From Bacteriovoracia bacterium (GTDB lineage: Bacteria; Bdellovibrionota; UBA1018; JBFWNL01): a stretch of DNA of 64,000 bases. Shown piece by piece: positions 48,009-59,426 of the stretch. A model generated the notes under the pieces. It did no database searches. It had not been told where the DNA came from and saw only the letters and a list, made by a program, of their open reading frames with translations. Where the stretch lies: NCBI GenBank assembly GCA_050251055.1, contig JBFWNL010000012.1, forward strand, positions 19,805 through 83,804. Reading direction: 5' to 3'. The translations under genes were made by a program, and so were the position numbers. Numbering within the stretch: position 1 is the stretch's first letter; each line of letters starts with the position of its first letter.

Positions 48009-49064
48009 ATGGCTAACCGATATTTTACCGTGCTGCTGATCCCTGAGAAAACCTCGAAGGTCCGCCGGATCGTCATCCCCTCATGGATCCTGAAAGGGGG
48101 CCTGGTCGCGGCGGGTTTCGCCGGCGTGATCGGATTCATGATGGTCCTCGACTACTGGTACGTGATGAACCAGATCGACGAGAACAAGGAACTGAAGCTC
48201 GAAAATCGCCGCCTGCGCAGCCAGATCCAGATCTTCGAAAACAAGATGTCCTCGCTAGATGACACGCTCGACCGCATCAAGATGTTTTCGAGCCGTCTCA
48301 AGGTCATCACCAATCTCGAAGATCGCCGCAATCAGATCCAAGGTTCGAATTTCCAGTTGCCGGACGCGAACGCCAACGTCGGCCGCATCAAGCCCGAGAC
48401 CGCGCCGACCGAAGCCGCGCCCGAAACCGAGGCGCCCGGCCTGGCCGCCCTGGCGCCCGATGGAGGCACCGATCCCCTCGCCCTCCCACCCGGAAGCCTG
48501 GGCAGCGACGACCCCTGGGGCTCCCGCACCCTGTTTGACCGCCGCGACGCGAGCGAACTCGCGCGCCTGGAGACGCGCTTCAATTCCCTGCACCAGGAAG
48601 GCCTGCACACCGAACAAAACCTGCAGGAACTTTACGAGCTCTTAAGTGACCAGCACAAATTCCTCGGCGCCCTTCCCTCGCGCAAACCGACCGAGGGTTA
48701 CATCACTTCCGGTTTCGGGCTCCGGCAATCGCCCCACGGCGACGGCCGCCTAAAAATGCACGAGGGCCTGGATATCTCCAATCAGCCGGGCACCCCGGTG
48801 CGCTCGCCGGCCGATGGTACGGTCACGTTCTCCGGGGTGAAAGCCGGATATGGACGCACCGTGATTGTTGACCATGGTTTCGGTATGGAAACCTGGTACA
48901 GCCACTCGCAGGATCTGCTGGTGGACAAGGGACAATCCGTCAAACGCGGTCAACAAATCGCCTCCATGGGCCAGAGTGGACGCTCTACCGGCCCGCACCT
49001 CCACTACGAGGTGAGATTGCACGGAATTCCCGTGGATCCACTGTCGTATATTCTCGAAGAATAA
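48009..49064 (+). CDS. M23 family metallopeptidase with TM anchor and coiled coil
   Basis: ITSGFG.R, HEGLD, GYG, STGPHLHYEV. Confidence 0.93.
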   Translation: MANRYFTVLLIPEKTSKVRRIVIPSWILKGGLVAAGFAGVIGFMMVLDYWYVMNQIDENKELKLENRRLRSQIQIFENKMSSLDDTLDRIKMFSSRLKVITNLEDRRNQIQGSNFQLPDANANVGRIKPETAPTEAAPETEAPGLAALAPDGGTDPLALPPGSLGSDDPWGSRTLFDRRDASELARLETRFNSLHQEGLHTEQNLQELYELLSDQHKFLGALPSRKPTEGYITSGFGLRQSPHGDGRLKMHEGLDISNQPGTPVRSPADGTVTFSGVKAGYGRTVIVDHGFGMETWYSHSQDLLVDKGQSVKRGQQIASMGQSGRSTGPHLHYEVRLHGIPVDPLSYILEE

Positions 49065-49094
49065 CCCGTTTTAACATAAGGTAATCGAACTTTT

Positions 49095-51953
49095 ATGCAG
49101 GCCATCACCACCTTTGCGAAGAAAATTTTCGGCACCCAAAACGAGCGTGAGCTGAAGTCCATTCAGCCCCTGGTCGTGCGCACGAACGAGTTCGAAAAAC
49201 TCATCAAGCCACTGACCGACGCCCAGCTTCAAGCGAAGACCGGCGAATTCAAAGAGCGCCTCACCCGGGGCGAGACCCTCGACGCGATTTTGCCCGAAGC
49301 TTTCGCGGTCGTCCGCGAAGCCGCCTGGCGCGTGATCGGTCAGCGCCACTACGATGCCCAGCTCATCGGCGGCGTGACCCTGCACCGCGGCCGCATCGCC
49401 GAAATGCGTACCGGTGAAGGCAAGACCCTGGTCGCCACCCTACCCTGCTATCTCAACGCGCTCTCCGGCAAGGGCGTGCACGTCGTCACCGTGAACGACT
49501 ACCTCGCGCGCCGTGACTCCGAGTGGATGGGCCGCATCTACGGTTTCATGGGCATGAAGACCGGCATCATCGTGCACGGCCTCAACGATCGCGAACGCCA
49601 AGCGAGCTACGGATCCGACATCACCTACGGCACGAACAACGAATTCGGCTTCGATTATCTGCGCGACAACATGAAGTTCCGCCTGGAAGACTACGTCCAG
49701 CGCGAGCTCAACTTCGCCATCGTCGACGAAGTGGATTCCATTCTGATCGACGAAGCCCGTACGCCGCTCATCATCAGCGGACCCACCGAGGCCTCGACCG
49801 ATCTCTACTACAAGATCAACACGCAGCTGCTCGCCGACGGTGGGCTAATCAAGGAGACCGACTACACCATCGACGAGAAGTCCAAGACCGCGGCCCTCAC
49901 GGAAAGCGGCGTGGACAAGATGGAAGGGCGTCTGAAGATCGGCAACCTGTACGACGCCATGAACATCGAAACCCTCCACCACGTGAACCAGGCCTTGCGC
50001 GCCCACGTGATCTTCAAACGCGACGTCGATTACGTCGTGCGCGACGGCGAAGTGATGATCGTCGATGAGTTCACCGGCCGCCTCATGCCGGGCCGCCGCT
50101 GGTCCGACGGTCTCCACCAGGCCATCGAAGCGAAGGAAGGCGTCAAGATCGAGAACGAGAATCAGACGCTCGCCACTATCACCTTCCAGAATTACTTCCG
50201 CATGTACAACAAGCTCGGCGGCATGACCGGCACCGCCGACACGGAAGCCACCGAGTTCAAACAGATCTACAAGCTAGACGTCACGATCGTCCCCACCAAT
50301 CGACCGATGATCCGCAAGGACGAGTCCGACGTGATCTTCAAGTCGGTGGAAGCCAAATACAAGGCGATCGTCGACGAGATCCAGGCGAAGAAGGAGTCGG
50401 GCCAGCCCGTGCTGGTTGGTACCGTTTCCGTCGAGAAGTCCGAGGTGCTCTCGCGCCTGCTCGAGCAAGCCAAGATCAAGCACAACGTGCTCAACGCCAA
50501 AAACAACGCCCGCGAAGCCGACGTCGTCGCCCAAGCGGGCCGCAAGGGAACCGTCACCGTGTCCACCAACATGGCCGGCCGCGGGACCGACATCCTGCTC
50601 GGCGGGAACGCCGAAAAGCTCGCCGACGCCCAGATGTTCGCCGAAGGCGTGTCGCCCCCGGTGGTGAACCCCGCGGATCCCGAAAGCGTGAAGGCGGGCG
50701 AAGCTTACCAGGCCAAGTACGAGGCCGCGCTCAAGCAGTGGAAGGAAAAGTGCGATGTCGAGCGCGACGAGGTCAAGGCCCTGGGCGGGCTCTTCATCTT
50801 GGGTACCGAGCGCCACGAATCCCGCCGCATCGACAACCAGCTGCGCGGGCGCGCCGGACGCCAGGGCGACCCGGGCGGCTCCCGCTTCTATCTTTCGCTT
50901 GACGACGACCTCATGCGCATCTTCGCGGGCGGCAATATCAAGCGGTTCATGGAAGATGACATGCCGATCGAACATCGCTTCATCAACCGAGCGATTGAAA
51001 ACGCGCAGAAAAAGGTCGAAGGCCACAACTACGATATCCGCAAGCACCTGCTTGAGTACGACGATGTGATGAACCAGCAACGCAAGGTCATCTACACCTG
51101 GCGACGTGAAGTACTGGCGCAGGAAAACCTGCGCACCATGCTTTTCTCCATGGTGGACGAGCTGGCCTCCGCCATCGCCGAGGACTTTTTCCCCGGCGGC
51201 AAATACAACAAGCGGGCCGGCCTCAACATGAAGGAAGTGAATGACGCCATCACCGTCACCTTCCAGATCCCGGCCCAGCTCACCGAGCACGACATTCAGC
51301 CGTTCAACGGCGAGGGGTTGAAACAGGTCATCCTACGCAAGGCGGACGAAGCTTATAGAGCGAAGGAAGAAGCCTACGGTGAAGAGACCGTGCGCCAGAT
51401 CGAAAAAATGGTGTTGCTCTCGACCATCGATTCACTGTGGAAAGACCACCTCCTCGCGATGGACCATCTGCGTGAAGGCATCGGTCTGCGCGGATACGGA
51501 CAGAAGGATCCGCTCGTCGAGTATAAGAAGGAAGGCTTCCGCTACTTTGAGATGATGATGAATCAGATCACCGGCGATTCCGTCCGCAAGGCATTCGCGG
51601 TGCAGCTGGCCGAACGCGAGGAAGGCGAAGAGGCCGCACCCGTGGCCTTCCGCCCGCGCGCGCCGCAACCCAACCGGATGCAGTACAACGTCACGGCGGA
51701 CGGCAACCTGATTCCGTCGCCGACGCCAACGGCGGGAGCCGCTCCCGCGCCTGGCCGCGCCCCGATGCCGGGCGGCGGAGGCGGCGACATCCTGGGCAAC
51801 CCCGGCGCTCCCCGTAGCATGGGCCGCGGCGCGCCCGGCCCGGTGGCGAACCAGAACTTCAAGCCAGTGGGTGACGCCAGTCAAAAAGTTGGCCGTAACG
51901 ACCCCTGCCCCTGCGGCAGCGGCAAAAAATACAAGAAGTGCCACGGCGAATAA
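49095..51953 (+). CDS. secA: Preprotein translocase subunit SecA
   Basis: [55 protein letters not shown]-terminal [19 protein letters not shown]. Confidence 0.99.
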   Translation: MQAITTFAKKIFGTQNERELKSIQPLVVRTNEFEKLIKPLTDAQLQAKTGEFKERLTRGETLDAILPEAFAVVREAAWRVIGQRHYDAQLIGGVTLHRGRIAEMRTGEGKTLVATLPCYLNALSGKGVHVVTVNDYLARRDSEWMGRIYGFMGMKTGIIVHGLNDRERQASYGSDITYGTNNEFGFDYLRDNMKFRLEDYVQRELNFAIVDEVDSILIDEARTPLIISGPTEASTDLYYKINTQLLADGGLIKETDYTIDEKSKTAALTESGVDKMEGRLKIGNLYDAMNIETLHHVNQALRAHVIFKRDVDYVVRDGEVMIVDEFTGRLMPGRRWSDGLHQAIEAKEGVKIENENQTLATITFQNYFRMYNKLGGMTGTADTEATEFKQIYKLDVTIVPTNRPMIRKDESDVIFKSVEAKYKAIVDEIQAKKESGQPVLVGTVSVEKSEVLSRLLEQAKIKHNVLNAKNNAREADVVAQAGRKGTVTVSTNMAGRGTDILLGGNAEKLADAQMFAEGVSPPVVNPADPESVKAGEAYQAKYEAALKQWKEKCDVERDEVKALGGLFILGTERHESRRIDNQLRGRAGRQGDPGGSRFYLSLDDDLMRIFAGGNIKRFMEDDMPIEHRFINRAIENAQKKVEGHNYDIRKHLLEYDDVMNQQRKVIYTWRREVLAQENLRTMLFSMVDELASAIAEDFFPGGKYNKRAGLNMKEVNDAITVTFQIPAQLTEHDIQPFNGEGLKQVILRKADEAYRAKEEAYGEETVRQIEKMVLLSTIDSLWKDHLLAMDHLREGIGLRGYGQKDPLVEYKKEGFRYFEMMMNQITGDSVRKAFAVQLAEREEGEEAAPVAFRPRAPQPNRMQYNVTADGNLIPSPTPTAGAAPAPGRAPMPGGGGGDILGNPGAPRSMGRGAPGPVANQNFKPVGDASQKVGRNDPCPCGSGKKYKKCHGE

Positions 51954-51975
51954 TCGCTATGCTATCCTATAAGGG

Positions 51976-53016
51976 ATGGCATCCGACGAAATTCAGGACG
52001 ACCCTAGCGCGGAGCTGACCGGCATCGAGGAGCTGGCAAAGACCAGCGAGTCAGAGCACGGCGGCGACCCCAACTTTCCTGAAAGTACGCCGACCACCGA
52101 CCCGAACGCCACCATCGAAGCCATCGACGCGTTCGAGAGTATGGACGATTTCTCCAAGGCCGCACCCCCTTTCGAACCTCCCGCCGACCCCCAGGCCGCC
52201 CACTTCGATATCGAGCATCACCAAACCGACGCCGCCGTGGATCTGCCCGCTTCCCGTTTCGAGCCCGAGCCGGCCAGCGACGGCTCGGCGTCCCTCTCGC
52301 TCGCGGAAGCGACCGAGCCCGTCATCACGCAGGAAGCCGCGGCCGGCTTAGAGCAGCTCAAGGAAGTCGCCGCGAGTCTTTCGATTGGCACGCCTGACGT
52401 CACGCCTTCCTATCCGTTCACCCTGCGCATCGACGGCCAGCTCCGCCCGTCCGAGCGTGAAAAGCTCATGGATCTCATCAACCGGGAAAAGATCGGCTTC
52501 CGTGAAATCGATCTCGAACCCCAGTTCGAGGCGGGCAGCCTACTGCTTCCTCGCATCAGCGAATACGCCGCCGTACTCATCGCGCAAGCCCTGCGGGACG
52601 CCCTGGTGTCGATGCGGCTGACGCCGGCGGACGATCTAGCCGACGGCGAAAACTCGGCCTCGAGCCAGGTACCTCCCGCGATCACCACGGAAATTCGCGG
52701 AGAAGCGGCGCCGTTGAACGAAAGTGCCGAAAGCCTACCGCTCCTGCCGGGCTCCGCGCCCGAGCATTTTGGGGCCTTTACCGTGGTGGGCTCCATGACC
52801 GCGACGTTGCTCTTGAAGACCCGCGTGGTGGAAGCGCGCGCGTCGGCCGAATATCAAGACGCGCTGGAGTCCCTGCAGCGACAAATCCGCTACCAAGCGT
52901 TCCGCAAGGGCGCTGAAGCCGTGATTCAATTTTCCGTTTCGCTCACGCCGGTAGGCCTCGCGGGTACCGAGTACCGCCTGATGGCCTTAGGGACGGCCAT
53001 TCGCCGACAAAACTAA
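51976..53016 (+). CDS. Hypothetical protein with acidic disordered N-terminus and possible YbjQ-like C-terminal domain
   Basis: D/E/P-rich first ~120 aa; C-terminal AL..L...A...GAEAVI.......M.A.GTA pattern. Confidence 0.6.
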   Translation: MASDEIQDDPSAELTGIEELAKTSESEHGGDPNFPESTPTTDPNATIEAIDAFESMDDFSKAAPPFEPPADPQAAHFDIEHHQTDAAVDLPASRFEPEPASDGSASLSLAEATEPVITQEAAAGLEQLKEVAASLSIGTPDVTPSYPFTLRIDGQLRPSEREKLMDLINREKIGFREIDLEPQFEAGSLLLPRISEYAAVLIAQALRDALVSMRLTPADDLADGENSASSQVPPAITTEIRGEAAPLNESAESLPLLPGSAPEHFGAFTVVGSMTATLLLKTRVVEARASAEYQDALESLQRQIRYQAFRKGAEAVIQFSVSLTPVGLAGTEYRLMALGTAIRRQN

Positions 53017-55191
53017 ATCCGCCATCTCGTAGGCGCGCTCCATCATCGTCGCGGTGTCGAACACCTTGATCGTGCGCTTCTGTCCGCTCGAGACCAGGCG
53101 CTTAAGCTTAGGCTCGCCGGGAGGCGGCGACAAGAACGTGGCCGGACTCATCGCCACGAAGGCAGGCGGCGAATTCGGCTGCTTTTGCTTGAGTTCTTCC
53201 AGTTGCTTCGCCGTCGACTGCGCCGGGCTTAAAGCCACGTCCACTTCCTGCTCCACGGCCGCGCGCACGATCGTCTCGCGGATCTGGGCGGGCGTGAGCT
53301 CCGGTCGACGGGACTTCAGCAGCGCGGCCGCGGCCGTGATGGCGGGTGTCGCGCAAGAGGTCCCGTTCGGGCAGAGCTTGTCGTAGCTCTCGTAAGCGTA
53401 GACGTCCACGTATTGGCCATGGTTCGAATAGTGCGTGATGAAGGTCTCGCCCTGGGCATCCGCCGCGTCGGCACGAGCCAGCGCGCCCACGCAGAGCAGG
53501 CGATCCGCCGGCCGCTGATCGGCGGGCACGTCGGTCAAACAACTCGCGCGATCGCGCTCCACTTCCGCGCCCGAGTTACCGGCGGCCATGACCCACAGCC
53601 AGGGAGCGCGGGACACCCAATCCTCGCGGCCAAGCGCCTTAGCCACGTGATGCGCGCGAAAGGCCATCGAAATTGAAACCACGTCGGGTGCGGCGGCCTG
53701 GTGGGTCTCCACCAGATTCATCTGATGGATGATCGCGTCCACCACGGGCGCGATCCGGGCGGTCCACGCGCCGAAGTTGGTGTAAGGCGCGCCCCCCATC
53801 AGCGTCTGCAGCGACGCCACTTTCCACATGGCGAGGTCCAGGCGATCATCCAGCAATGCCTGCGGATCGAGCTTCGCCATCAAGGTCAGTAGCGTGGCGG
53901 ACGTGCCCGTGCCGTGTCCCAACGAGCCGACCAGCGGCATCCAAGGATTAGCGTCGTCGTCGGTATAGTCATACGAACGCAAACCGCCTTGGTCCTGCTT
54001 GTTCATGAAGAGGCCCAGCTCGGGCTGGCTGACGAAATCGATGCCAGAATCGATATAGGCGACGCGCACGGGATGCGCGGCGGGAGCGCCTGGGTCCGGT
54101 AACTTCGGATTATCGAGCTTCACGAACGCGCGGTAGACCGCGACATTGGCATCCGTCAAGGCGTCCCCGACCGCCGTCGCGCCCATGCGCTCACGCATCG
54201 GGCCTCCGAACGGATTCGCCACCGTGGCGAACATCGGCAAGGCTCCATGCTCGGTCGGTACCGCCGACTCAATCGCGTAAGGATGCAGCAGCGAGAAGGG
54301 ATACGTGCTCTGATCTCCGAGATCGGGCGTGGCCGCACCACTTCCCTGCAAAAGCGCGGTCAAGCCTTGAGCCGTCTGACGACCTTCCACGTCCCCCGCG
54401 GTTTCCCGCAGGACTTGGAGGATTTTGAAACGGATGTCTCCCGCGGCCATCCGGGCGAAGAAATCGGAGTGCTTCTCCATCGCCGCGAAGATTTGCTTTT
54501 CCGCGAGCACCAAGGCGTCGCGGCGGCGATGGGCCAACGCGATCCAATCGCTAAAATCAGCGTCGCTGAAGCCGCCGCGTACCCGAATGCCTTCCCCGAT
54601 CGGCGAGGCGACGGACTGCTTAGCCGAGGAGATAAAAAGGTCCGCGGGCGTGAGGGCGTCGTACTCCTTCACGCGTTTTTCGAGCAACGTCTTGAGGCTC
54701 GCCACCGTGAGCTGGGAGATCGGAAGTTCTCCCTTGGCCGCCGTCGTTTCGAACACCCGCATGAAGGAGAGTGCGGTGCCGTAGACTTCGGCCGGCTTGA
54801 GCGCTTCCCGAAAGCAACGGGTGAACTTCGCCGACGCCACGAGCGTCGCCTTCATCTTCTCTAGAACCGCCGCTTCCGAGCCGTCCGCACTTAGATCGGG
54901 CGACTTCACATCAGCGCAGATTTCCGGAACGGCCTCCGGAATTTCGGCAACGGCCGCCGGTGGCGTAAGTAGCGCAGGAGGAGGCGTAGGCGCGGTCGGC
55001 GCGGCCGTTTTGGCCTGCTCGATCCGGCGAACGACGTCGCCTTCCTGCAGTTTGCGTACGGCTTGCTCCAGTTCGGGGCTAGATGTTTTCGTTGTCGGCT
55101 TCCCACACGCCGTGGTCCATCCCACGACGGCCAAAACACCGACCCACCCTAACGTCGTCCCAATGCCATTGCGGCAGCTTCGCTGATCCAT
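52987..55191 (-). CDS. S8 (subtilisin-like) serine peptidase, lipoprotein
   Basis: Lipobox TTA-C; Asp IDSG, His GHGT, oxyanion AAGNSG, Ser GTSCATP. Confidence 0.9.
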   Translation of the reverse strand: MDQRSCRNGIGTTLGWVGVLAVVGWTTACGKPTTKTSSPELEQAVRKLQEGDVVRRIEQAKTAAPTAPTPPPALLTPPAAVAEIPEAVPEICADVKSPDLSADGSEAAVLEKMKATLVASAKFTRCFREALKPAEVYGTALSFMRVFETTAAKGELPISQLTVASLKTLLEKRVKEYDALTPADLFISSAKQSVASPIGEGIRVRGGFSDADFSDWIALAHRRRDALVLAEKQIFAAMEKHSDFFARMAAGDIRFKILQVLRETAGDVEGRQTAQGLTALLQGSGAATPDLGDQSTYPFSLLHPYAIESAVPTEHGALPMFATVANPFGGPMRERMGATAVGDALTDANVAVYRAFVKLDNPKLPDPGAPAAHPVRVAYIDSGIDFVSQPELGLFMNKQDQGGLRSYDYTDDDANPWMPLVGSLGHGTGTSATLLTLMAKLDPQALLDDRLDLAMWKVASLQTLMGGAPYTNFGAWTARIAPVVDAIIHQMNLVETHQAAAPDVVSISMAFRAHHVAKALGREDWVSRAPWLWVMAAGNSGAEVERDRASCLTDVPADQRPADRLLCVGALARADAADAQGETFITHYSNHGQYVDVYAYESYDKLCPNGTSCATPAITAAAALLKSRRPELTPAQIRETIVRAAVEQEVDVALSPAQSTAKQLEELKQKQPNSPPAFVAMSPATFLSPPPGEPKLKRLVSSGQKRTIKVFDTATMMERAYEMADLVLSANGRP

Positions 55192-55465
55192 CTATCCCCA
55201 CAATCTTCATCTGCCCTGGCTTCCCCGCTTCACCCTAATTTGAAGCTCCCACAGCCGAGGCAAACGCCTAACTCGCCGCCACAAGTACAAGCTATATACC
55301 AAGCCGCGTTATTGATTTTTGAAGTGTTTTCAGTCTCTTAGGCGTAACGCGAGACTGAAAAAAAGACATGGCCGTGTACTTTTTCCATGTTTTAACTCAA
55401 TAAAGAACCAATCTTCTCAGGGACTTACCGCAAAACTCCGAAAAGTGAGCAGAGGGGTTACGAGT

Positions 55466-57496
55466 TTGGCCAGACGTCTCGCGGTGATCTTTTTCTTAGG
55501 ATTAGCCATCGGGGCATTCGGGGGAATGCTGGGCGCCCTGCTGCCCGCCCCCTCCCGTCAGCTGGCCGAGTTTCCGAGTGCCGGCGCCGAGACTCCGCCT
55601 CCGGAAGCGTACACTCTAAATGTCCGCGACCGGCAGCTTCAGCTCTTCGATGCCCACGGAAACCTTCGTATCGACTTCACGCCGACTCTACGCGTGCGCC
55701 ACCGCGAAGCGCGCGGCCCCCGCCGACTCCCTGGCCCCGTGCTACCGGAAGAACGGATCCAATTCGAACGTTTCGAGACGCAAACCCACGAAGGGGGCGG
55801 ATGGAAAGTGTACGCACATGCCGAGACCCCACGAGCGCGCTACGAATGGGAGCTCGCGCGGGAACCGCAAGGACTGCACCCCACCGGCGATCAGCTCCGG
55901 ATGCGGATCCGCGTCACTTACCGGCGCCCCGTGCTCGTGATGGCGGAGATACTGGAGCTCACGACCGCCCCGGCCACCCGCGCGCAGTGGCTCGACCGGG
56001 CTTATCGCTACCAAGAGCTGACGCACGAGAGCGTCGTGAGCGATTCCCTCACTCCCCACGTCGCGCGTTTCGACGGAGAGTGGTCCGTCTACGGCGGGCG
56101 GCAGCTACAGGCGCTCGGACTCCACCCCCAGCCGAACGGAAGCGTGCGGCTCGACTTCGAACTCGATCGCGCCGAAAACCATCCGTTCGTCGTGAAAAAC
56201 ACCTGCGGACCTTCTCTTACAAACGGCGACCCGAAGCCCCTCCCCCCACGGCTCGCGCTGGATGAAACCTTTCGCGACGAAGGCGCCACCCACGCCAGCG
56301 AAGCGACTTTCACCTTTGGCGTGGCCAACCTTCCGCTGCCATCGCGATTCCCCCGCGGCTTCCAGGCCGCCGCCGTTTTCACCGACCACGCCGACCAATC
56401 CAACCTCGAGAAATTCGAGGCCTTCGCCTTTGGCGAAACCGGTAAACGCGACGCCGGCGGTTGGGTGGATCAGGGATTGGGCTACACCAAGACGATTTTT
56501 CTGAAAAAGGCCCGGGGCTTCGCGCCCCAGTTCGATGACCCGCACTACCGCCAACGGCTCGAGGCGCTCCGGGGCACCGGCGTGGAAATCGGCCTGCATA
56601 CGGCGAGCGGGCTCACCGACACCACTCCGGACGCGGCGATGCTGCTCGCCGAATTCCGCGCGGCGGGCTTCGGAGGCGCCACCTGGATCGACCACTCCCC
56701 GCACACCAACTGCGATTCCATCAGCAATCGCGGCTGGGATCCGCTGAGCCCCTGGTACATGGTGGAGCAGCTACAACGGCAAAACTTCCGCTACCTTTGG
56801 TCGGTGCAGGATCTCGCCTTGCCCACGGGCTCGCTCAACCTCCTGGCGCCCGAGCTGCGGCACCAGCGGCGGCCGACGATCTACGATCACCTTCGCCTGG
56901 GATCCGGCGACCATCCCTTTACTTTCTTCGCTTCGAGTTGGTTCTTCGATTCACAATCTAGCTTCGTCCATCACATGTCGGACGGGTACTTGGATCGCCT
57001 GGTCGCCGAGCACGGCCTTTTGATGGCGCACGTCTACTTCGATACCCATCGCAAGCAAGGCGTCTATCGCGACAACACGCATCTGCGCCAGCTGGCGCCC
57101 CGGCACTTTCGACTCCGTCCAGAATCGGCCGAAGTGATTGCCCGCTTCCATGCTCGCCAGGCCCAAGGCGAGATCTGGTTTGCGGGAATCGAAGCCCTCC
57201 ATCGTCACGTGGATGCCGCGCTCTCCGTTCAATTCGCCTGGCGGGGCGGGGCGGTTCATATCACCAATCCCACCGCGGTGGATTTGCCCGGCCTCACCCT
57301 GTGGGTGGCCGCGGATCCCGATGCGGCAACCCCGACGCTTACCATCGACGGCCAGCCTCCCTTGGGACAAAAGCGAGTCGGTCAGTCACATTTAGTTTGG
57401 TTTGATCTTCCCGCCGGCGCGACCCGCCGCTTAGAGTCGAGCGCCTTTAAGTTCGGGCCGGCACGAGAAATTCGTCTCAACCGGAGTGGCCCATGA
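55466..57496 (+). CDS. Membrane-anchored protein with polysaccharide-deacetylase-like (NodB/CE4-like) domain
   Basis: N-terminal TM; FTDHAD, EIGLH, WIDH and AHVY His/Asp motifs; TTG start after AGAGGGG chosen within ORF 55319..57496. Confidence 0.55.
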   Translation: MARRLAVIFFLGLAIGAFGGMLGALLPAPSRQLAEFPSAGAETPPPEAYTLNVRDRQLQLFDAHGNLRIDFTPTLRVRHREARGPRRLPGPVLPEERIQFERFETQTHEGGGWKVYAHAETPRARYEWELAREPQGLHPTGDQLRMRIRVTYRRPVLVMAEILELTTAPATRAQWLDRAYRYQELTHESVVSDSLTPHVARFDGEWSVYGGRQLQALGLHPQPNGSVRLDFELDRAENHPFVVKNTCGPSLTNGDPKPLPPRLALDETFRDEGATHASEATFTFGVANLPLPSRFPRGFQAAAVFTDHADQSNLEKFEAFAFGETGKRDAGGWVDQGLGYTKTIFLKKARGFAPQFDDPHYRQRLEALRGTGVEIGLHTASGLTDTTPDAAMLLAEFRAAGFGGATWIDHSPHTNCDSISNRGWDPLSPWYMVEQLQRQNFRYLWSVQDLALPTGSLNLLAPELRHQRRPTIYDHLRLGSGDHPFTFFASSWFFDSQSSFVHHMSDGYLDRLVAEHGLLMAHVYFDTHRKQGVYRDNTHLRQLAPRHFRLRPESAEVIARFHARQAQGEIWFAGIEALHRHVDAALSVQFAWRGGAVHITNPTAVDLPGLTLWVAADPDAATPTLTIDGQPPLGQKRVGQSHLVWFDLPAGATRRLESSAFKFGPAREIRLNRSGP

Positions 57497-57957
57497 CCAA
57501 GATCGTGCGAATGACGGAAGCCCATCTGGGCGAGATCGGCCAGATCGTCGAGGCAACTCCCCTGTTTCAGCAATACGAATTCCCGGGAGCCCAGGCCGAA
57601 AAACAGCTGAGTGCGCGGCTCACTGATGCGGGCTCGCGGCTCCTGACCGCGCTCGATTCTTCGGGTCGGGTCGTTGGGTTCGCCTGGTTCACCCTCCGAG
57701 GGGCGTTTGGCCGCAGTGGTTACCTACGATTGATCGCCGTCCATCCTGATTGCCAAGCCGGCGGTATCGGCGTCCAACTCCTAAAAGAGCTCGAACGGGA
57801 GTTCCTCTCCCCCCACGGAATCTTCCTTTTGGTCACCGCTACCAACCCGACCGCTCGGAAGTTTTACGAAAAGCAGGGCTACACCTTAATAGGAGCACTT
57901 CCGGGTTACGTCAAAGCGGGTATTGACGAGTGCCTCTACTTCAAACCCGCGGATTGA
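57493..57957 (+). CDS. GNAT family N-acetyltransferase (RimI-like)
   Basis: IAVHP..Q.GGIG..LL, N..ARKFYEKQGY; ATGA overlap with upstream gene. Confidence 0.9.
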   Translation: MTKIVRMTEAHLGEIGQIVEATPLFQQYEFPGAQAEKQLSARLTDAGSRLLTALDSSGRVVGFAWFTLRGAFGRSGYLRLIAVHPDCQAGGIGVQLLKELEREFLSPHGIFLLVTATNPTARKFYEKQGYTLIGALPGYVKAGIDECLYFKPAD

Positions 57958-58005
57958 CCTCCCGCCACGTTCATGAAATACCTCCGCACCTTCAGGGGGA
58001 ATGTC

Positions 58006-59325
58006 ATGAAAACTCATTGGGAAAAAATCGCGTCGGCAATTGGAGTGCTCTGCTTTGCTTTTTCCGCGGCCGCGGAAATCGACCTGCACCCGCCGGTGGA
58101 AGATCGCCTGCCGCCATTTACTCCCGAAATCCAATCACTCCTGCAGAGTGATCTCACCGACGTCGTTCCCCAAGCCGCCCGTCTTCAGGAGATCGCCCAA
58201 TTCTCCAACCGTGCCCAACAGTGGTGGGACCTGGTCCAAGGTAAGCTTCCCGTCGAAAGGCGCCTCCAATTTTGGCGGCGTGGAACTCCGGTGCCCGATT
58301 ACCCCATTCCCAGCTCGCCCCGGCTATATAATGAAGCGACCGTAGTACAAGACTTCGCGCAAGCCTTGCCGCTCTTGCCCGACGACGTCAAAGCGGTCCT
58401 CTCCGCCCGCACGCCCCTGCCCGATCGCTTCCCCGACGAAGCGGGCTTTCCGGCCGAACGGCTCCTACCGGGATTCAAGGCGGTCATCAAGGCCGGGTCC
58501 TACGCCATTCGCTTCTTAGGTAACTACCCTCGCCGGAGCCAGTACGCGAAAGCTTACCGGGACTTTCGTTATTACCTCGACGTCGCGCGCGACGAAGCGG
58601 GCATTCGCGAGGAAATCTCGCGCTGGGAAGCGCGCGTGGATCATTCCGCCATGGTGGATCGCCTAGCGCGGCTTTGCGTATTTAATCTACGCTCGGTCTT
58701 CGCCGAACCGATCGATTGCCTGGTGCAGCTGGGCGCGGATCCGCGGCAACCGCGGACGTTTCCGCAAAAGCTCGATACCGTGCTGACCCGCCTGCTTAAA
58801 ACCGGAAAAGAGCGTTTTGAGGAACGATTCCGTCCCTTCGCTTCCGGCTCGGTCCACCCTATGTGGTCCGACGCCGGCTCGCAACTCACCCTGGGATTTT
58901 TCCCCTATGCGGTTCCGGCCAACGTGTTGAAGTGGATCGCGGGTAGCGTCGGTTCGTACTGGCATCGGGAGGGCAGCCTGTGGACTGCGTTTGCCCCGGT
59001 GGATGTATCGAAGCCCGGCGTTTTCTTTTTCAAGCTGCAGGAAAACACTACGCCACACGTGACCCAAACCCTCGTTATGTGGGACACCGTGGTCATGGAC
59101 CCCAACGGTCCGCTCTGGATGGATACCGTGGTTCAAACCATGGCCCACGAAATGGGGCATATCTTCGGATTCCCGGATTGCTACAGCGAGTTCTGGGACG
59201 ATTCCGCGAACGCCTTCGTGTTCTACGCTTTCTCGCGCGAGAACATCATGTGCTCCTCCAGCGGGGACGTGATGGACCTTCACCTAGAGGGCCTGCGAAC
59301 CGCCTATCCCTTCAAAGCCCTTTAA
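58006..59325 (+). CDS. Secreted zinc metallopeptidase (HExxHxxGxxD)
   Basis: Signal peptide; HEMGHIFGFPD.Y and downstream NIMC Met-turn. Confidence 0.8.
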   Translation: MKTHWEKIASAIGVLCFAFSAAAEIDLHPPVEDRLPPFTPEIQSLLQSDLTDVVPQAARLQEIAQFSNRAQQWWDLVQGKLPVERRLQFWRRGTPVPDYPIPSSPRLYNEATVVQDFAQALPLLPDDVKAVLSARTPLPDRFPDEAGFPAERLLPGFKAVIKAGSYAIRFLGNYPRRSQYAKAYRDFRYYLDVARDEAGIREEISRWEARVDHSAMVDRLARLCVFNLRSVFAEPIDCLVQLGADPRQPRTFPQKLDTVLTRLLKTGKERFEERFRPFASGSVHPMWSDAGSQLTLGFFPYAVPANVLKWIAGSVGSYWHREGSLWTAFAPVDVSKPGVFFFKLQENTTPHVTQTLVMWDTVVMDPNGPLWMDTVVQTMAHEMGHIFGFPDCYSEFWDDSANAFVFYAFSRENIMCSSSGDVMDLHLEGLRTAYPFKAL

Positions 59326-59426
59326 ACTCAGTAGTTTAATGAAGCGACAGATTTAAACGCCCCAAATTTGACTCATTGCGTTATATGCGCTACGACGCTC
59401 TGCGGGTGCTCCATAGCGAGGATTAG

